From the IMG/VR virus record IMGVR_UViG_3300021400_003144: a stretch of 64,000 bases of DNA; one strand, given 5' to 3'. The position numbers and the translations under genes were made by a program. This document shows, one piece after another, positions 8,638 to 18,461 of this stretch (positions within the stretch are counted from its first letter, which is position 1; each line of letters begins with the position of its first letter). The notes beneath the pieces are model-generated. The model saw nothing but the letters and a program-made list of their open reading frames with translations, made no database searches and had not been told where the DNA came from. Source of the stretch: a virus (taxonomy: Duplodnaviria; Caudoviricetes).

Positions 8638-9213
8638 GTGGAGTGGTTGCCAGAACTTTTCAGTGGACGGGGATTTATTTTTGGAGCTGCAATTCTAATA
8701 GGAGCTGTAGTAGTCTTGTTATTAATTTATACATTATCAGATTGTAACCAATTTATAACTGGTGCAGTAGCTATAATTTTTTATGTAGGTGTGTTTAATC
8801 CTTTAATGAAGCACTATGCTAATGAACTTATAAATTCATATAAATATAAGCTGTATGAACATTATGATGAATATGAGGAACATATAGAGAAAGTTACTAA
8901 TATTTCAATTAAAGATGTTAGTAAGATATATCCATATAATGAAGAGTCATGTGCACTTAAGGAAATTGAAGAAAGGGCTAAAGATGATTCATTTCTTAAA
9001 CTTATTACAGTTAATATGGATGACAAGACAAGTCAGATTATCTTATGGGATCAGTGTGCTGAGTATAAAGAAGTAACAGATGACAGTATAGAGGAAAGTT
9101 ATTATCAGTTGTATAAAGATGATGATAAACAGATTGTCATTCTTGAAAAACATATAGGCACAAATGAACAAAACAAGGAGCATAAGGAACCTAAAAAGAT
9201 ACCTCAGGGTTAA
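8638..9213 (+). CDS. hypothetical membrane protein
   Basis: GGAGG RBS, two N-terminal TM helices. Confidence 0.7.
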   Translation: MEWLPELFSGRGFIFGAAILIGAVVVLLLIYTLSDCNQFITGAVAIIFYVGVFNPLMKHYANELINSYKYKLYEHYDEYEEHIEKVTNISIKDVSKIYPYNEESCALKEIEERAKDDSFLKLITVNMDDKTSQIILWDQCAEYKEVTDDSIEESYYQLYKDDDKQIVILEKHIGTNEQNKEHKEPKKIPQG

Positions 9214-9216
9214 AGA

Positions 9217-9603
9217 TTGATACTAAAGGTGATTGAGATGAGCAATGAGTCAACGGAAGTAACAAGGAAAGATAGAATATATTGTTTAAAAGCAAGCTCT
9301 GACTATCATTCAGAACTTTGTGAGGAATGTAGGTTTTATCCTAATTGTGACCACACAATGCAGGATGATTTAACAGAAATGACGATTAAAGATTTGGAAG
9401 CATTAGAGCTAGAGTCAGAATCATGTGATGTACCAAAGATAAAGACGGCACATTGGATAAAAGTTGATAAAGACAAATGTAAATGTGATAATTGTGAGGT
9501 CATTTCTTTTATAGCCATGTATCCAAATGGGAATATAAATTATTGTCCTAACTGTGGTAGACGTATGATAGAACATAATGAAAGTGGGTTTAAACATGAA
9601 TGA
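9217..9603 (+). CDS. phage protein with Zn ribbon
   Basis: CEEC and AHWI...CDNC...YCPNCGRRM. Confidence 0.75.
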   Translation: MILKVIEMSNESTEVTRKDRIYCLKASSDYHSELCEECRFYPNCDHTMQDDLTEMTIKDLEALELESESCDVPKIKTAHWIKVDKDKCKCDNCEVISFIAMYPNGNINYCPNCGRRMIEHNESGFKHE

Positions 9604-9901
9604 TATTAAATGTCCATGTGACTTAAATAAGTTTATTTTAGGAGAGCCAAAGTTTGAAAATACATTCCCTGAAGAGGAATGTGAGCAAAGAAAACTTTAT
9701 GGAGACTGTTATCACTGTTTTTCAACTGCTATAGCAAAGAGAGATAATCAACTAAAGGCTGATAATGACAAGATAAAAGAGATTGTTGATGCATGGAGAA
9801 AAGATACATGGACAGATAGTTTTTCTCATGAGTGCATGGTTAAGATTGCTAAGCTAGTTGAATCACCTGAAAGAGAGGAAGATACAGATGACAAACGGTA
9901 G
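9578..9901 (+). CDS. hypothetical protein
   Basis: Overlapping co-oriented ORF, Cys motifs. Confidence 0.65.
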   Translation: MKVGLNMNDIKCPCDLNKFILGEPKFENTFPEEECEQRKLYGDCYHCFSTAIAKRDNQLKADNDKIKEIVDAWRKDTWTDSFSHECMVKIAKLVESPEREEDTDDKR

Positions 9902-10193
9902 AAAGACATTGGATACTTTTCCTAACACAATTACAAAACTATGCAAGAATAAAGAATTAACTTACATTGAACTTGAAAAGGATGATAAATGGATAGGAGA
10001 CATTAATCTAGAGTGGTGGAACTCAGAATATAAAGAGCAAGACTCTAAGGATGATATGATTGACAAGATAAAAGCTGAGATAGAACAGAACGCTTATCCT
10101 ATAGTACATGGAGTTAATAACCATGAAAAAGGTATGTCACTATATGGGATATTACGAGTTCTTGATAAGTTTAAGAATGAAAGTGAGAGCTAA
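9858..10193 (+). CDS. modular phage protein (TNG...WWNS + DKIKAEI modules)
   Basis: Shares modules with ORFs 13566 and 12477/12777/13005. Confidence 0.7.
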   Translation: MNHLKERKIQMTNGRKTLDTFPNTITKLCKNKELTYIELEKDDKWIGDINLEWWNSEYKEQDSKDDMIDKIKAEIEQNAYPIVHGVNNHEKGMSLYGILRVLDKFKNESES

Positions 10194-10196
10194 GGA

Positions 10197-10478
10197 ATGA
10201 AGAAGCTATTTTTGGTTACTTTTGATGGACATAATGATGAGTATGGTTCAGAAATATACCTTATAGGAATTTATTCATCACGTGAAAAAGCTGAAGAAGC
10301 TTGTAAAAAGGCTGTAGCTGAAATGGAAGCTATACATAGGGCTAATTCAAGTGATGAATATGATGCTGAAGCACATGAACCAACTATAGATGAAGTTGAA
10401 CTTGATGAGTCCAAGAGTATACATGGAGGCAAATACAAGTTTATAACAGATGTATATCTTGGAGGCTATGCTGAATAA
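10197..10478 (+). CDS. hypothetical phage protein
   Basis: LIGIYSSREKAEEA motif common in small phage proteins. Confidence 0.7.
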   Translation: MKKLFLVTFDGHNDEYGSEIYLIGIYSSREKAEEACKKAVAEMEAIHRANSSDEYDAEAHEPTIDEVELDESKSIHGGKYKFITDVYLGGYAE

Positions 10479-10653
10479 ACACTAGGTAAGAAAGAGAGAC
10501 ATAAATGGCTGATTGTATGTACTGTAAAAATATGGATAATTGTCAATACATTGTAGCACCAGATGATTGTGAAGAGTTTGAAGAAACATTTGAGCATCAT
10601 TGGGAAATGATGGATGACATTGAAAGAGAAGAGTTTAATGCAAGGAGTAAAGC

Positions 10654-10857
10654 ATGACAAAGGCAGAGCTAATGACCTACGTAGGTAAGAAAGTGCAAGT
10701 ATACTTTAAAGATGATGAAAAGGGCATATGTGGAACACTAGGATATGCAGATGAATTTTCAGAGAAGCATGATTATCGTAAACCAAACTATTTTTATATT
10801 GGTGATATATCATTTAAGGTGAGTCATGTAAGAAAGTTGATAGACAGTGAGGAATGA
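10654..10857 (+). CDS. hypothetical protein
   Basis: AGGAG RBS. Confidence 0.65.
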   Translation: MTKAELMTYVGKKVQVYFKDDEKGICGTLGYADEFSEKHDYRKPNYFYIGDISFKVSHVRKLIDSEE

Positions 10858-11038
10858 TGGCGTAACTATAATGCAAGAAATAGAATACAGAGGTTATACT
10901 ATTAAAAGAGACTCTAATAATGTAAGAGTCTATGATAAAAAAGGTAATTTCTTAAAACAGACTGCTTTTTCAAGCAAAGGTTCTGTTACAGATATGAAGG
11001 TCTATATAGATAATTTGATTAAAAGATATGGACAGTGA
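10847..11038 (+). CDS. hypothetical protein
   Basis: Overlapping co-oriented ORF. Confidence 0.55.
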   Translation: MRNDGVTIMQEIEYRGYTIKRDSNNVRVYDKKGNFLKQTAFSSKGSVTDMKVYIDNLIKRYGQ

Positions 11039-11249
11039 GGCTAAAGTAATGACAGAAGAAAGAAAAAAGGCTATACAAGAGTGGTTGGATGCTCATTGTA
11101 GAAAGTGTGTAAACAATGATGATAGAGGAACAGACTTTGTAAATTGTCAAGCTGAGTGTGAAGTACAAAAAGATGTAGGCATTGCTTGTATACATTATGA
11201 AGAAGCATTTGACATAAAGGAACCTGTTAGAGATTCAGATGGAGTTTAA
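11028..11249 (+). CDS. small Cys-rich hypothetical protein
   Basis: CxxC..C...C pattern; ends before terminator. Confidence 0.6.
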   Translation: MDSEAKVMTEERKKAIQEWLDAHCRKCVNNDDRGTDFVNCQAECEVQKDVGIACIHYEEAFDIKEPVRDSDGV

Positions 11250-11270
11250 ATTGAATAGATTGATTAATTA

Positions 11271-11303
11271 AAAGACACATATAATGTAATATGTGTCTTT
11301 TTT
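11271..11303 (+). terminator. intrinsic terminator
   Basis: AAAGACACAT / ATGTGTCTTT stem + T tract; near-copy of the 6626 terminator. Confidence 0.85.
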
Positions 11304-11316
11304 ATTTAAAAAAGTA

Positions 11317-11345
11317 TTGACAAAATAGAGAATAAGTATTATAAT
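11317..11345 (+). promoter_or_regulatory. consensus sigma-A promoter
   Basis: TTGACA-17 bp-TATAAT; spacer nearly identical to the 6685 promoter. Confidence 0.9.
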
Positions 11346-11400
11346 AGATTAAAATTAAAGGTAGTAGTGTAAAAGTTATGATAGAAAGTTGGTATAAGAA

Positions 11401-11607
11401 ATGACAGTGAAAGAATTAAGAGAGGAACTAGCTAAATTTCCAGATGGCATAGAGGTTATGCTTGAGGTTCCTATAAATGGAGTAGAGTTTAACAATTCTA
11501 TTGAAGAAGTATACGAGAGCGGAAAGCTGTATCTTCATGGTAAAGGCTCGATAATTGGTGCAGGGGATGTAAAAAGATTTTGGGGAGTAGACATAGCAGA
11601 GAAGTGA
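11401..11607 (+). CDS. hypothetical phage protein
   Basis: MTVKELREELAKFP N-terminus typical of small phage proteins. Confidence 0.7.
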   Translation: MTVKELREELAKFPDGIEVMLEVPINGVEFNNSIEEVYESGKLYLHGKGSIIGAGDVKRFWGVDIAEK

Positions 11608-11617
11608 GGACTAAAGA

Positions 11618-11821
11618 ATGGATGATATGATATGCCCTAAATGTGGAAGAGACATATATCCTGAATATGAGGAACGTCTATCATGCGGTAAAAGTAAATA
11701 TGTCAAGATTGAGAATTACCACTCTTTCTTTGATGGAGAATACTCTGGACATAGTTGGGATGTTGAGTGCATATGTCCTGAGTGTAATGAAGAGTTTAAG
11801 TTTAGTGACTCTGATATATAG
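11618..11821 (+). CDS. Zn-ribbon protein
   Basis: CPKC...CPEC. Confidence 0.7.
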   Translation: MDDMICPKCGRDIYPEYEERLSCGKSKYVKIENYHSFFDGEYSGHSWDVECICPECNEEFKFSDSDI

Positions 11822-11956
11822 GGGAGCATAGAATAATGAATATACATAGTATATTAAATATACCTGTCATAGTAAATGACCAAACTATACATGTGATTTA
11901 TAGTATAAGGCGTAAGTTATTGGCTGTATCAGAAATGCAAGCATGTTCAAAGAGTA

Positions 11957-12217
11957 TTGAACAATGTGAAAGGAGAGGTAAGAATAATGTTAATTAGCAT
12001 TTTAGAAATAATTGGAGTCATTATAGCTGTTATATGGGCAAGTGGAGTTGTATACTTACTTTCAAAGGGCAGAGTATTTAAGTGGTTCTATCATAATATA
12101 CTTGGGTGGCATTTACCAAGTGATAAACTACAGGAGTTTGATGGGTGTAGCTTTCATGCTCATTGTAAGATTTGTGGTAAGGAAATTATGCAGGACAGTC
12201 AAGGCAATTGGTTTTAA
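11957..12217 (+). CDS. TM + Zn-finger-like phage protein
   Basis: TM then GWH...C...CKICGKEIMQDSQGNWF. Confidence 0.7.
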   Translation: MNNVKGEVRIMLISILEIIGVIIAVIWASGVVYLLSKGRVFKWFYHNILGWHLPSDKLQEFDGCSFHAHCKICGKEIMQDSQGNWF

Positions 12218-12444
12218 GGGATACTGGGAGAATGAATCGCAGGCAAGTAAAAAAGCGAGAAAAGAAGCTAGCTGAGAAGCAAGCATTGGAATATCAGAAG
12301 TATCTGGATGAAACTTTTGATGAGAATGAAAAGTGGTGTATAATGAACAATTGTCCCTATTATGACCATAGTGGTAGATATGGTGGAGGCTGTGCAGACC
12401 AATTAGCACCAAAGGGATTTAGATGTAAGAATCCATATTCTTAA
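12208..12444 (+). CDS. hypothetical Cys-rich protein
   Basis: MNRRQVKKR start, Cys cluster. Confidence 0.6.
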   Translation: MVLRDTGRMNRRQVKKREKKLAEKQALEYQKYLDETFDENEKWCIMNNCPYYDHSGRYGGGCADQLAPKGFRCKNPYS

Positions 12445-12476
12445 TAAGACAGAGAGTTGAAAAGCGAGGAGCAGAT

Positions 12477-12776
12477 ATGAAATATAAAGCCATTATTGAT
12501 ACAGATGAGTTTAAAGACTTTGAGTTCTTTGAAGATGGCATTGGAAAATACGTGGTTGGCAAAGATGCAGGTGCAACACAAGATGGATGGATACCCTTAT
12601 ATTTCACTGAAGTCAAGGAAGAGTCTGAGAATGAAAATGTTCTTAACAAAGTGAGAGCTGAGATAGACAACTTAGAAGAGGGTATATCAAGTTATTATAA
12701 TGATAGACCATGGCTCTTCAAAGATGAAGTCTTAAAGATTGTAGATAAGTACATTGGAGAAAGCAAGGGGCAATAA
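12477..12776 (+). CDS. modular phage protein (KVRAEI...DKY tail)
   Basis: GAGGAG RBS; shared C-terminal module. Confidence 0.7.
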   Translation: MKYKAIIDTDEFKDFEFFEDGIGKYVVGKDAGATQDGWIPLYFTEVKEESENENVLNKVRAEIDNLEEGISSYYNDRPWLFKDEVLKIVDKYIGESKGQ

Positions 12777-13001
12777 ATGGTAATAACAGGATATAAAAGC
12801 ATGTATCAGCAGGGTTATAATGATGCTATGTGTGATTTTAGAAAAAAGCCAAAGACTGATGTACTAGACAAAGTAAGAGCTGAGATAGAGCAGTTGAGAT
12901 TACATAAAGCTCAGTTTATTACAAGTGATAATAAGGTATGTATAGATAGTCAAGAGGTACTTAATATAATTGATAAATATACTGATAAGAGCAAGGAATA
13001 A
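12777..13001 (+). CDS. modular phage protein (KVRAEI...DKY tail)
   Basis: Shared C-terminal module. Confidence 0.7.
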   Translation: MVITGYKSMYQQGYNDAMCDFRKKPKTDVLDKVRAEIEQLRLHKAQFITSDNKVCIDSQEVLNIIDKYTDKSKE

Positions 13002-13004
13002 GCA

Positions 13005-13319
13005 ATGAAAGGTGAAAGAGCTAATTTTCTAGTAACATTAGTATTTGATGAAGATTCAGGTATTAAAGAACAGGTAGACACTGAGTATTCATTTAAAAAT
13101 AAAATTATAAAAGAACTGCAAGGACTCATTAAAGACAAGGTAATTAAGCATTTCATTGTTGCTGATGATGAAGTAATAAATGATAAATTAAAAGAGCATC
13201 AAGAGCCTGTACTTGATAAAGTAAGGGCTGAAATTATCAAGGCGAAAAGCAAGAAAAACATAGGTGTTTGGGATTGTATAGACATTATTGATAAGTACAG
13301 AGCTGAGAATAAGGAGTAA
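13005..13319 (+). CDS. modular phage protein (KVRAEI...DKY tail)
   Basis: Shared C-terminal module. Confidence 0.7.
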   Translation: MKGERANFLVTLVFDEDSGIKEQVDTEYSFKNKIIKELQGLIKDKVIKHFIVADDEVINDKLKEHQEPVLDKVRAEIIKAKSKKNIGVWDCIDIIDKYRAENKE

Positions 13320-13324
13320 GCAGT

Positions 13325-13594
13325 ATGACATTATCTTTAACAGATGTAGAAGTAGAAAGATTGTTAGATGCATGTCATCAATATATAGAAATAATGGAGC
13401 AAGGTGAAGATACTCATGATTATACCTTGTACGAATTAGAGAATGGTCTAGGTTCTGCTTTGAGAAAAATAAGCAAAGGCAGAAATGGTGAGTATGTCTA
13501 TGGAAAATATAAGACAGTGAGTAAATGTCCAACATTTGAAGAATGGAAAAAGCTAAGGCAGGAGAGTGAAGATACAGATGAAGTTGATGGTTGA
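13325..13594 (+). CDS. hypothetical protein
   Basis: AAGGAG RBS. Confidence 0.7.
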   Translation: MTLSLTDVEVERLLDACHQYIEIMEQGEDTHDYTLYELENGLGSALRKISKGRNGEYVYGKYKTVSKCPTFEEWKKLRQESEDTDEVDG

Positions 13595-13892
13595 AATATC
13601 AAAAGAGGATTATGAAGCTTTAAAGAGAAAAGATAAGTTTAATGATATGTATTTAAACCATTATGAAAAACTCATTGCAGCAGGTACACCACTTTCTGAC
13701 CATATAATCACTATCCCAAAAGGAGCAACAAATGGAGAAGCAATAGAGACTGTAACTGGAGAAGATTTTAGTAGAGGAACTAATATTTACAATCATAACC
13801 TCATGTTATGTGATGGAGAAGATTATATAGCATGTTCTGTAGATTGGTGGAACTCACCATTTAAGACAGGGAGTGAAGAAGATGAAGATTAA
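13566..13892 (+). CDS. modular phage protein (TNG...WWNS module)
   Basis: Shares module with ORF 9858. Confidence 0.7.
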   Translation: MKIQMKLMVEISKEDYEALKRKDKFNDMYLNHYEKLIAAGTPLSDHIITIPKGATNGEAIETVTGEDFSRGTNIYNHNLMLCDGEDYIACSVDWWNSPFKTGSEEDED

Positions 13893-14033
13893 ATTTACTA
13901 AAGACTTTGCAATGAATTGGAAGGCAGGAGAGGTTGTTGAAGCTGAACTGTTACCTGATGGTGAGACTTTGGTTGATAATGTTGCATCTGTTGATACAGA
14001 TATGCTGATGAAACATTGTGAAGTTATTAAAGA

Positions 14034-14591
14034 ATGTGGGGAAAAGAAATGAGTGGAACACGTAATTTTAGTGGACTTATAGAACAGGTCTCAACATGTA
14101 TTGAAGCAGCATATAATAAGGGATATAAAGCAGCAAAGCAGGATATAGTTGCTATAGGTAATAAAAGTGAATATGCTAGAGGACTAAGTGATGCAGAAAG
14201 AGCAATGAGAAGATTGTGTTTAAATACAGATATGGGTGGACTATCATGTAGAGAATTAGACATAATCTTTGGAAAAGGAACAACAGCTCAAATTATTAAT
14301 TCATATTCAATGTCTGAAATTATTGAGAAAATCAGAGAGTATGATGAACATAAAGAAGAGTCTGTAAAAGATGAAAATGAAATCAATGTTGGTGATGAAG
14401 TTTACTATATTGACGAAAATAAGCAAAAGATAGTTACATGCATAGATGGAAAAAATGTAACAGTGCTGTGTTCAAGTGGCAAATCTGAGGAATTTGATAT
14501 ATCAGAACTGCATAAAACAGGCAGACATTATGATATTGCTGATCTTTTGGGAAGATTAGGTAAGGACTTAAGGAAGAGCATGAGCTATTAA
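14034..14591 (+). CDS. hypothetical phage protein
   Basis: 185-aa ORF; C-terminal VGDEV...KTGRH SH3-like fold pattern. Confidence 0.7.
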   Translation: MWGKEMSGTRNFSGLIEQVSTCIEAAYNKGYKAAKQDIVAIGNKSEYARGLSDAERAMRRLCLNTDMGGLSCRELDIIFGKGTTAQIINSYSMSEIIEKIREYDEHKEESVKDENEINVGDEVYYIDENKQKIVTCIDGKNVTVLCSSGKSEEFDISELHKTGRHYDIADLLGRLGKDLRKSMSY

Positions 14592-14630
14592 TTAGTAATA
14601 AAGGTAATTATATTAAAATGGGGGTAGACT

Positions 14631-14831
14631 ATGAATGAAGGATTTAGATTAGATGAGTTTTTGCAGGGTGCTATGATGAATTGTCCTATTACACTAGTGA
14701 CAGGTGGTGTGAACAATCCTAAGAAGATAGAGACATGTGTGAATGAAATTGACACAAAAGAATACGAAGGTAAGACATTCACATGTTGGGATATTCAGAA
14801 TGGAAAACTTGTTATATACATTGATGATTAA
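14631..14831 (+). CDS. hypothetical protein
   Basis: GGGGG RBS. Confidence 0.6.
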   Translation: MNEGFRLDEFLQGAMMNCPITLVTGGVNNPKKIETCVNEIDTKEYEGKTFTCWDIQNGKLVIYIDD

Positions 14832-14866
14832 TAAATAGCAGATAATATATTGGAGGATAGTTAAGT

Positions 14867-15139
14867 ATGGAAGATGTAAGGTCAGGATTAATAGGGTTAG
14901 CAATGGTATGTGGTGTTGCTCTATTTGCTTTAACACTGTTAAATAGTCCTGGTGTAAAAGCTGAGGCATTAGAATCAAATAGCTACTTTGTTACAATATC
15001 TGATGAAGAGTTTGGAGAAGTAGTATATGACTCTAGAACAGGTGTTGAGTATTGGAAGGCAGACACTACTTATAGTAGGGGTGTACTAACAATGTTATAT
15101 GATACTGATGGAAAACCATTAATTTATGAGGGGAAGTAA
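14867..15139 (+). CDS. DUF6440-like exported protein
   Basis: Signal/TM then D..TGVEYW...GVLTMLYD.DGKPLIY. Confidence 0.65.
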   Translation: MEDVRSGLIGLAMVCGVALFALTLLNSPGVKAEALESNSYFVTISDEEFGEVVYDSRTGVEYWKADTTYSRGVLTMLYDTDGKPLIYEGK

Positions 15140-15144
15140 GAAGC

Positions 15145-15606
15145 ATGAATATTGTTGAGAAGCAGATGAACTTATTTGCTGTATCTAAGGATAATTACTT
15201 AGTACATTGTATAAGTTCTGATTTTGCATTAGGAGCTGGAATAGCTAAGGAATTTAGAAACAGAGGCACTGCTAGACAACTTGAAATGAGATATAGTAAG
15301 AACTGGTGGATTGGACATGGGTACTGTCTAATGACAGACATACCTGGATTTAAAGGTGTTTATAACTTAGTGACAAAAGAAAGATATTTTAATAAGCCAA
15401 CATATTTCACATTGGAAGAAGCATTAATGAACCTTAAAAGAGAGCTTGGTTATCCTGGAGTAGCAGATGAGAATGGTGCTATAAACATAGCAATGCCTTA
15501 TATAGGCTGTGGACTTGATAGATTACAGTGGAATGAAGTAAAGGAAGTCATCTATAAGGTGTTAGGTGACATTGAAAACTTAAATATAACAGTGTGTTAT
15601 CTTTAA
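15145..15606 (+). CDS. macro domain ADP-ribosyl hydrolase (TARG1/Poa1p/DarG-like)
   Basis: VHCISSDFALGAGIAKEF, YNLVTK, KPTY, MPYIGCGLDRLQW motifs. Confidence 0.9.
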   Translation: MNIVEKQMNLFAVSKDNYLVHCISSDFALGAGIAKEFRNRGTARQLEMRYSKNWWIGHGYCLMTDIPGFKGVYNLVTKERYFNKPTYFTLEEALMNLKRELGYPGVADENGAINIAMPYIGCGLDRLQWNEVKEVIYKVLGDIENLNITVCYL

Positions 15607-15808
15607 TAGTTTAAGGATTAGGCTTGAATGAGAATAAAGATTATAAAATTTAATTCAGAAGAGATGGTTTATGATGCTATTTACTTTGAATTTAGAACAA
15701 ATAATGTATCAAATTGGGTAAAGGTAGTAACTAAAGAGGGAACTAATGTTATACATGATATAGCAGTATTAAAGAGTATGAAAGAAGAGTAGTTAAGAGG
15801 ATATAGGC

Positions 15809-16021
15809 ATGATAGGATATGTAATAAAGTTTGATGATGGAACTTACTATGCAGGGTATAATAAGAAACCATCTAAAGATATTATAGGAGCTAAGATATA
15901 CAGGTCATATAGAAAAGCTAATTTAACTATAAATGTAAGTGAAAGCTTTAAAAATTATTGCAGTAAGTCTTATGTAATTATGAGAGTCAAGATAGAGGAA
16001 GTTGAAACTGTAGAAGTTTAA
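15809..16021 (+). CDS. hypothetical protein
   Basis: GAGG RBS. Confidence 0.65.
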   Translation: MIGYVIKFDDGTYYAGYNKKPSKDIIGAKIYRSYRKANLTINVSESFKNYCSKSYVIMRVKIEEVETVEV

Positions 16022-16024
16022 GAG

Positions 16025-16489
16025 GTGAAAATGTATAGAAGGTCAGGAAGGCAACTTAATAGTAGAGATATTCTATTAGCAAGAGTGCTAATTACAGTAG
16101 TATGTGTAATATTGACATCAGTTGGTATTGCATGGGCTATTAAGACCAAGAGTACAATGGATAGAGCATCTGAACCTGTTAAAGCTCAGATAGTAGAATT
16201 AGATAGAGTGACAGAAACTGAGAGAATAGATGGAAGATACAGAGAAAGAACTGTAGAGTATCCTATTGTTGAGTATGAGTTTAATGGTGAGACATATAGT
16301 AAGAGATTGAGTATAGGTAGAAATGTTGGTGCTTACTATAAAGGTGAAACACTTGACATTAATATAAATCCAGATGACCCTCGTGAAGTATATGAACCAG
16401 GAAGTGTAGTATTTGTAATTCTATTTATAGTTCTTCCTATATTTGTGTGGGCTTTTATAAATGGTATATTATCAGCTATGACTCATTAA
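16025..16489 (+). CDS. DUF3592-like membrane protein
   Basis: TM - YPIVEYEFNGETY...G..I.INPDDP - TM. Confidence 0.7.
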   Translation: MKMYRRSGRQLNSRDILLARVLITVVCVILTSVGIAWAIKTKSTMDRASEPVKAQIVELDRVTETERIDGRYRERTVEYPIVEYEFNGETYSKRLSIGRNVGAYYKGETLDININPDDPREVYEPGSVVFVILFIVLPIFVWAFINGILSAMTH

Positions 16490-16508
16490 GAGTTTAAGAG
16501 GTTAACAA

Positions 16509-16772
16509 GTGATGGAAATTAAAAATAAAGAGTTTATAGAGAGTTCAGTAATAAAATATAAGAATGACATAAAAGAGCATTTAATGACACTTAAAGATGA
16601 TTATTGGATGCTGATAAAGTTGATAGATAAGTATGATGCAGCTGTTAATTATATGAATATATACAATGCAGATGAATACTTGAACGAAATAAATAAGATT
16701 AGAAAATCCTTTGAACTTATAAAGGTTGACAAGCTAAGTGAGATTGAGTGTGACAGTCTAAAGGAGAAGTAA
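16509..16772 (+). CDS. hypothetical protein
   Basis: GAGG RBS. Confidence 0.6.
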   Translation: MMEIKNKEFIESSVIKYKNDIKEHLMTLKDDYWMLIKLIDKYDAAVNYMNIYNADEYLNEINKIRKSFELIKVDKLSEIECDSLKEK

Positions 16773-16775
16773 AAC

Positions 16776-16982
16776 ATGGAAGTGTGTAACTGGATACACT
16801 ACAAATATGATAGTTTATGGAGATTACCTTGTGGAAAGACTCAAGGGATTAATGTAAGACCTAAACAAAAAACATGTTTATGTCCTAGAGATGGAAAGAG
16901 ACATCAGATAAACAGGATTGAGCTTGATGAGATGCATCCTAGTGAAAAAGAGTTTATTGAAATATGTAAGAGGTTCAGGTGA
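16776..16982 (+). CDS. hypothetical protein
   Basis: AAGGAG RBS. Confidence 0.6.
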   Translation: MEVCNWIHYKYDSLWRLPCGKTQGINVRPKQKTCLCPRDGKRHQINRIELDEMHPSEKEFIEICKRFR

Positions 16983-17803
16983 TGAAGAAGAAAATCTATT
17001 TATCAATTATAGCTGGTCTTATGATAACAAGTTTAGTAGCTTGTGGAAAAGCTAATAATACTTCAGAAAAGATAGAAGATATTAATGAGAAGATAATAGA
17101 GACTATTCAGAGTAATGGTACAGCATCTATTGGTTTCAAAGGTGATGTGATAAGTGGTAATAGTAGCATTAGTGCAGTTGCTGAGTTACCTATGAATGAG
17201 AATGAGACTCAGGCTTATACAAGTGATACACCAACTGACTCATTAAGCGAGACAAAAGTTGATAATGACTCTGATGTTATTCATTATTCATTTGCAGATT
17301 TAAAGTATAGTGATGATGGACAAACTGTTACACTTATACCGAACGGAGGTCTAACTGATAATACAGTACTTCGTAATGGTAAGACATTTGGAGAGTATGT
17401 TGATTATGTAAATAATACAGTTCTTGAAGATGGTAGAACTGTTGATAAAGAGTTCCTTAGAGGGTTGTTAGCTTGTAATTCTATAGATGAATCATTCATA
17501 TCTGAGGATAAAATGGAGTTTGATGATTTTGCAGCATTGCTAGTTCATTGTACTACAATAGCTAATACTTTACATTCTATGAATGTAACATTACATGAAC
17601 TTGTAACAGATAAATCTGATATTAATACTCAGAAACTTGTTGTAACAGCTGTTGGAGCAAATGATATATGGCATGTAGACACTGAAAATCAGAAGTTCTA
17701 TTTTAATGATGGAAAGACAGAATACAATTCTACAATGTTTGATAAGGATACAATGTTATTATGGGATTATGCAGCATATGACTTCTTTGGCGAGGAATAT
17801 TAA
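16979..17803 (+). CDS. putative lipoprotein
   Basis: Lipobox LVAC after basic/hydrophobic signal. Confidence 0.75.
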   Translation: MMKKKIYLSIIAGLMITSLVACGKANNTSEKIEDINEKIIETIQSNGTASIGFKGDVISGNSSISAVAELPMNENETQAYTSDTPTDSLSETKVDNDSDVIHYSFADLKYSDDGQTVTLIPNGGLTDNTVLRNGKTFGEYVDYVNNTVLEDGRTVDKEFLRGLLACNSIDESFISEDKMEFDDFAALLVHCTTIANTLHSMNVTLHELVTDKSDINTQKLVVTAVGANDIWHVDTENQKFYFNDGKTEYNSTMFDKDTMLLWDYAAYDFFGEEY

Positions 17804-17818
17804 AAAATATAAAAGGTA

Positions 17819-18439
17819 TTGAAAGAAGCTAAGATGGGTAAATGGGAAAGCAATAAGAAATTAGTTACTGACAGTGATATTAGAGATAATGTAAGAGTTG
17901 TTCTATTTGTATCACGTAATAAAGATAACAAGTATTTGAATGGATTTAAACAAAGAAGAGAGTCTTTTATATCCACTAAGAGTACTGAAGAGTTATCTGA
18001 GAAATTTAAAGAGTTTGTACTTAGAGGCATTGAAGGAGAAAATAGTAGATTTTATGTTTCAGTTAATTCAAGGGATATTGATAAAATCAGAGATGAATTA
18101 TTAGTTGAGATTCTAAGGTCTAAGTCAGGCAGAGGGTTATTATTTATACAATCTTTAATAGCTTCAATAGCATCTAAAAAGGAATATGCTAAGACTAAGA
18201 AATGGTTGTTAGACATTGATACAAAAGATACAGAGACATTAGAAAGTATAAAGGAATACATTAAGAATAATGAAATAAACATAGAAAAGATTGTAGAGAC
18301 TCCTAATGGATATCATATGGTACTAGAACATGGTTTTGATAGCAGAGAGTTTAAAGAGAAGTTTACTGATGTTGAGATTAAGAGAGATGATATGCTTTTG
18401 TTAGCAAGTAGTACAAAGTGTAATGGAAATGTTCAGTAA
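17819..18439 (+). CDS. AEP (primase-polymerase) superfamily-like protein
   Basis: WLLDID (motif I-like) and TPNGYH (motif II-like). Confidence 0.5.
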   Translation: MKEAKMGKWESNKKLVTDSDIRDNVRVVLFVSRNKDNKYLNGFKQRRESFISTKSTEELSEKFKEFVLRGIEGENSRFYVSVNSRDIDKIRDELLVEILRSKSGRGLLFIQSLIASIASKKEYAKTKKWLLDIDTKDTETLESIKEYIKNNEINIEKIVETPNGYHMVLEHGFDSREFKEKFTDVEIKRDDMLLLASSTKCNGNVQ

Positions 18440-18461
18440 ATATTATAAAATAGAATATGTA

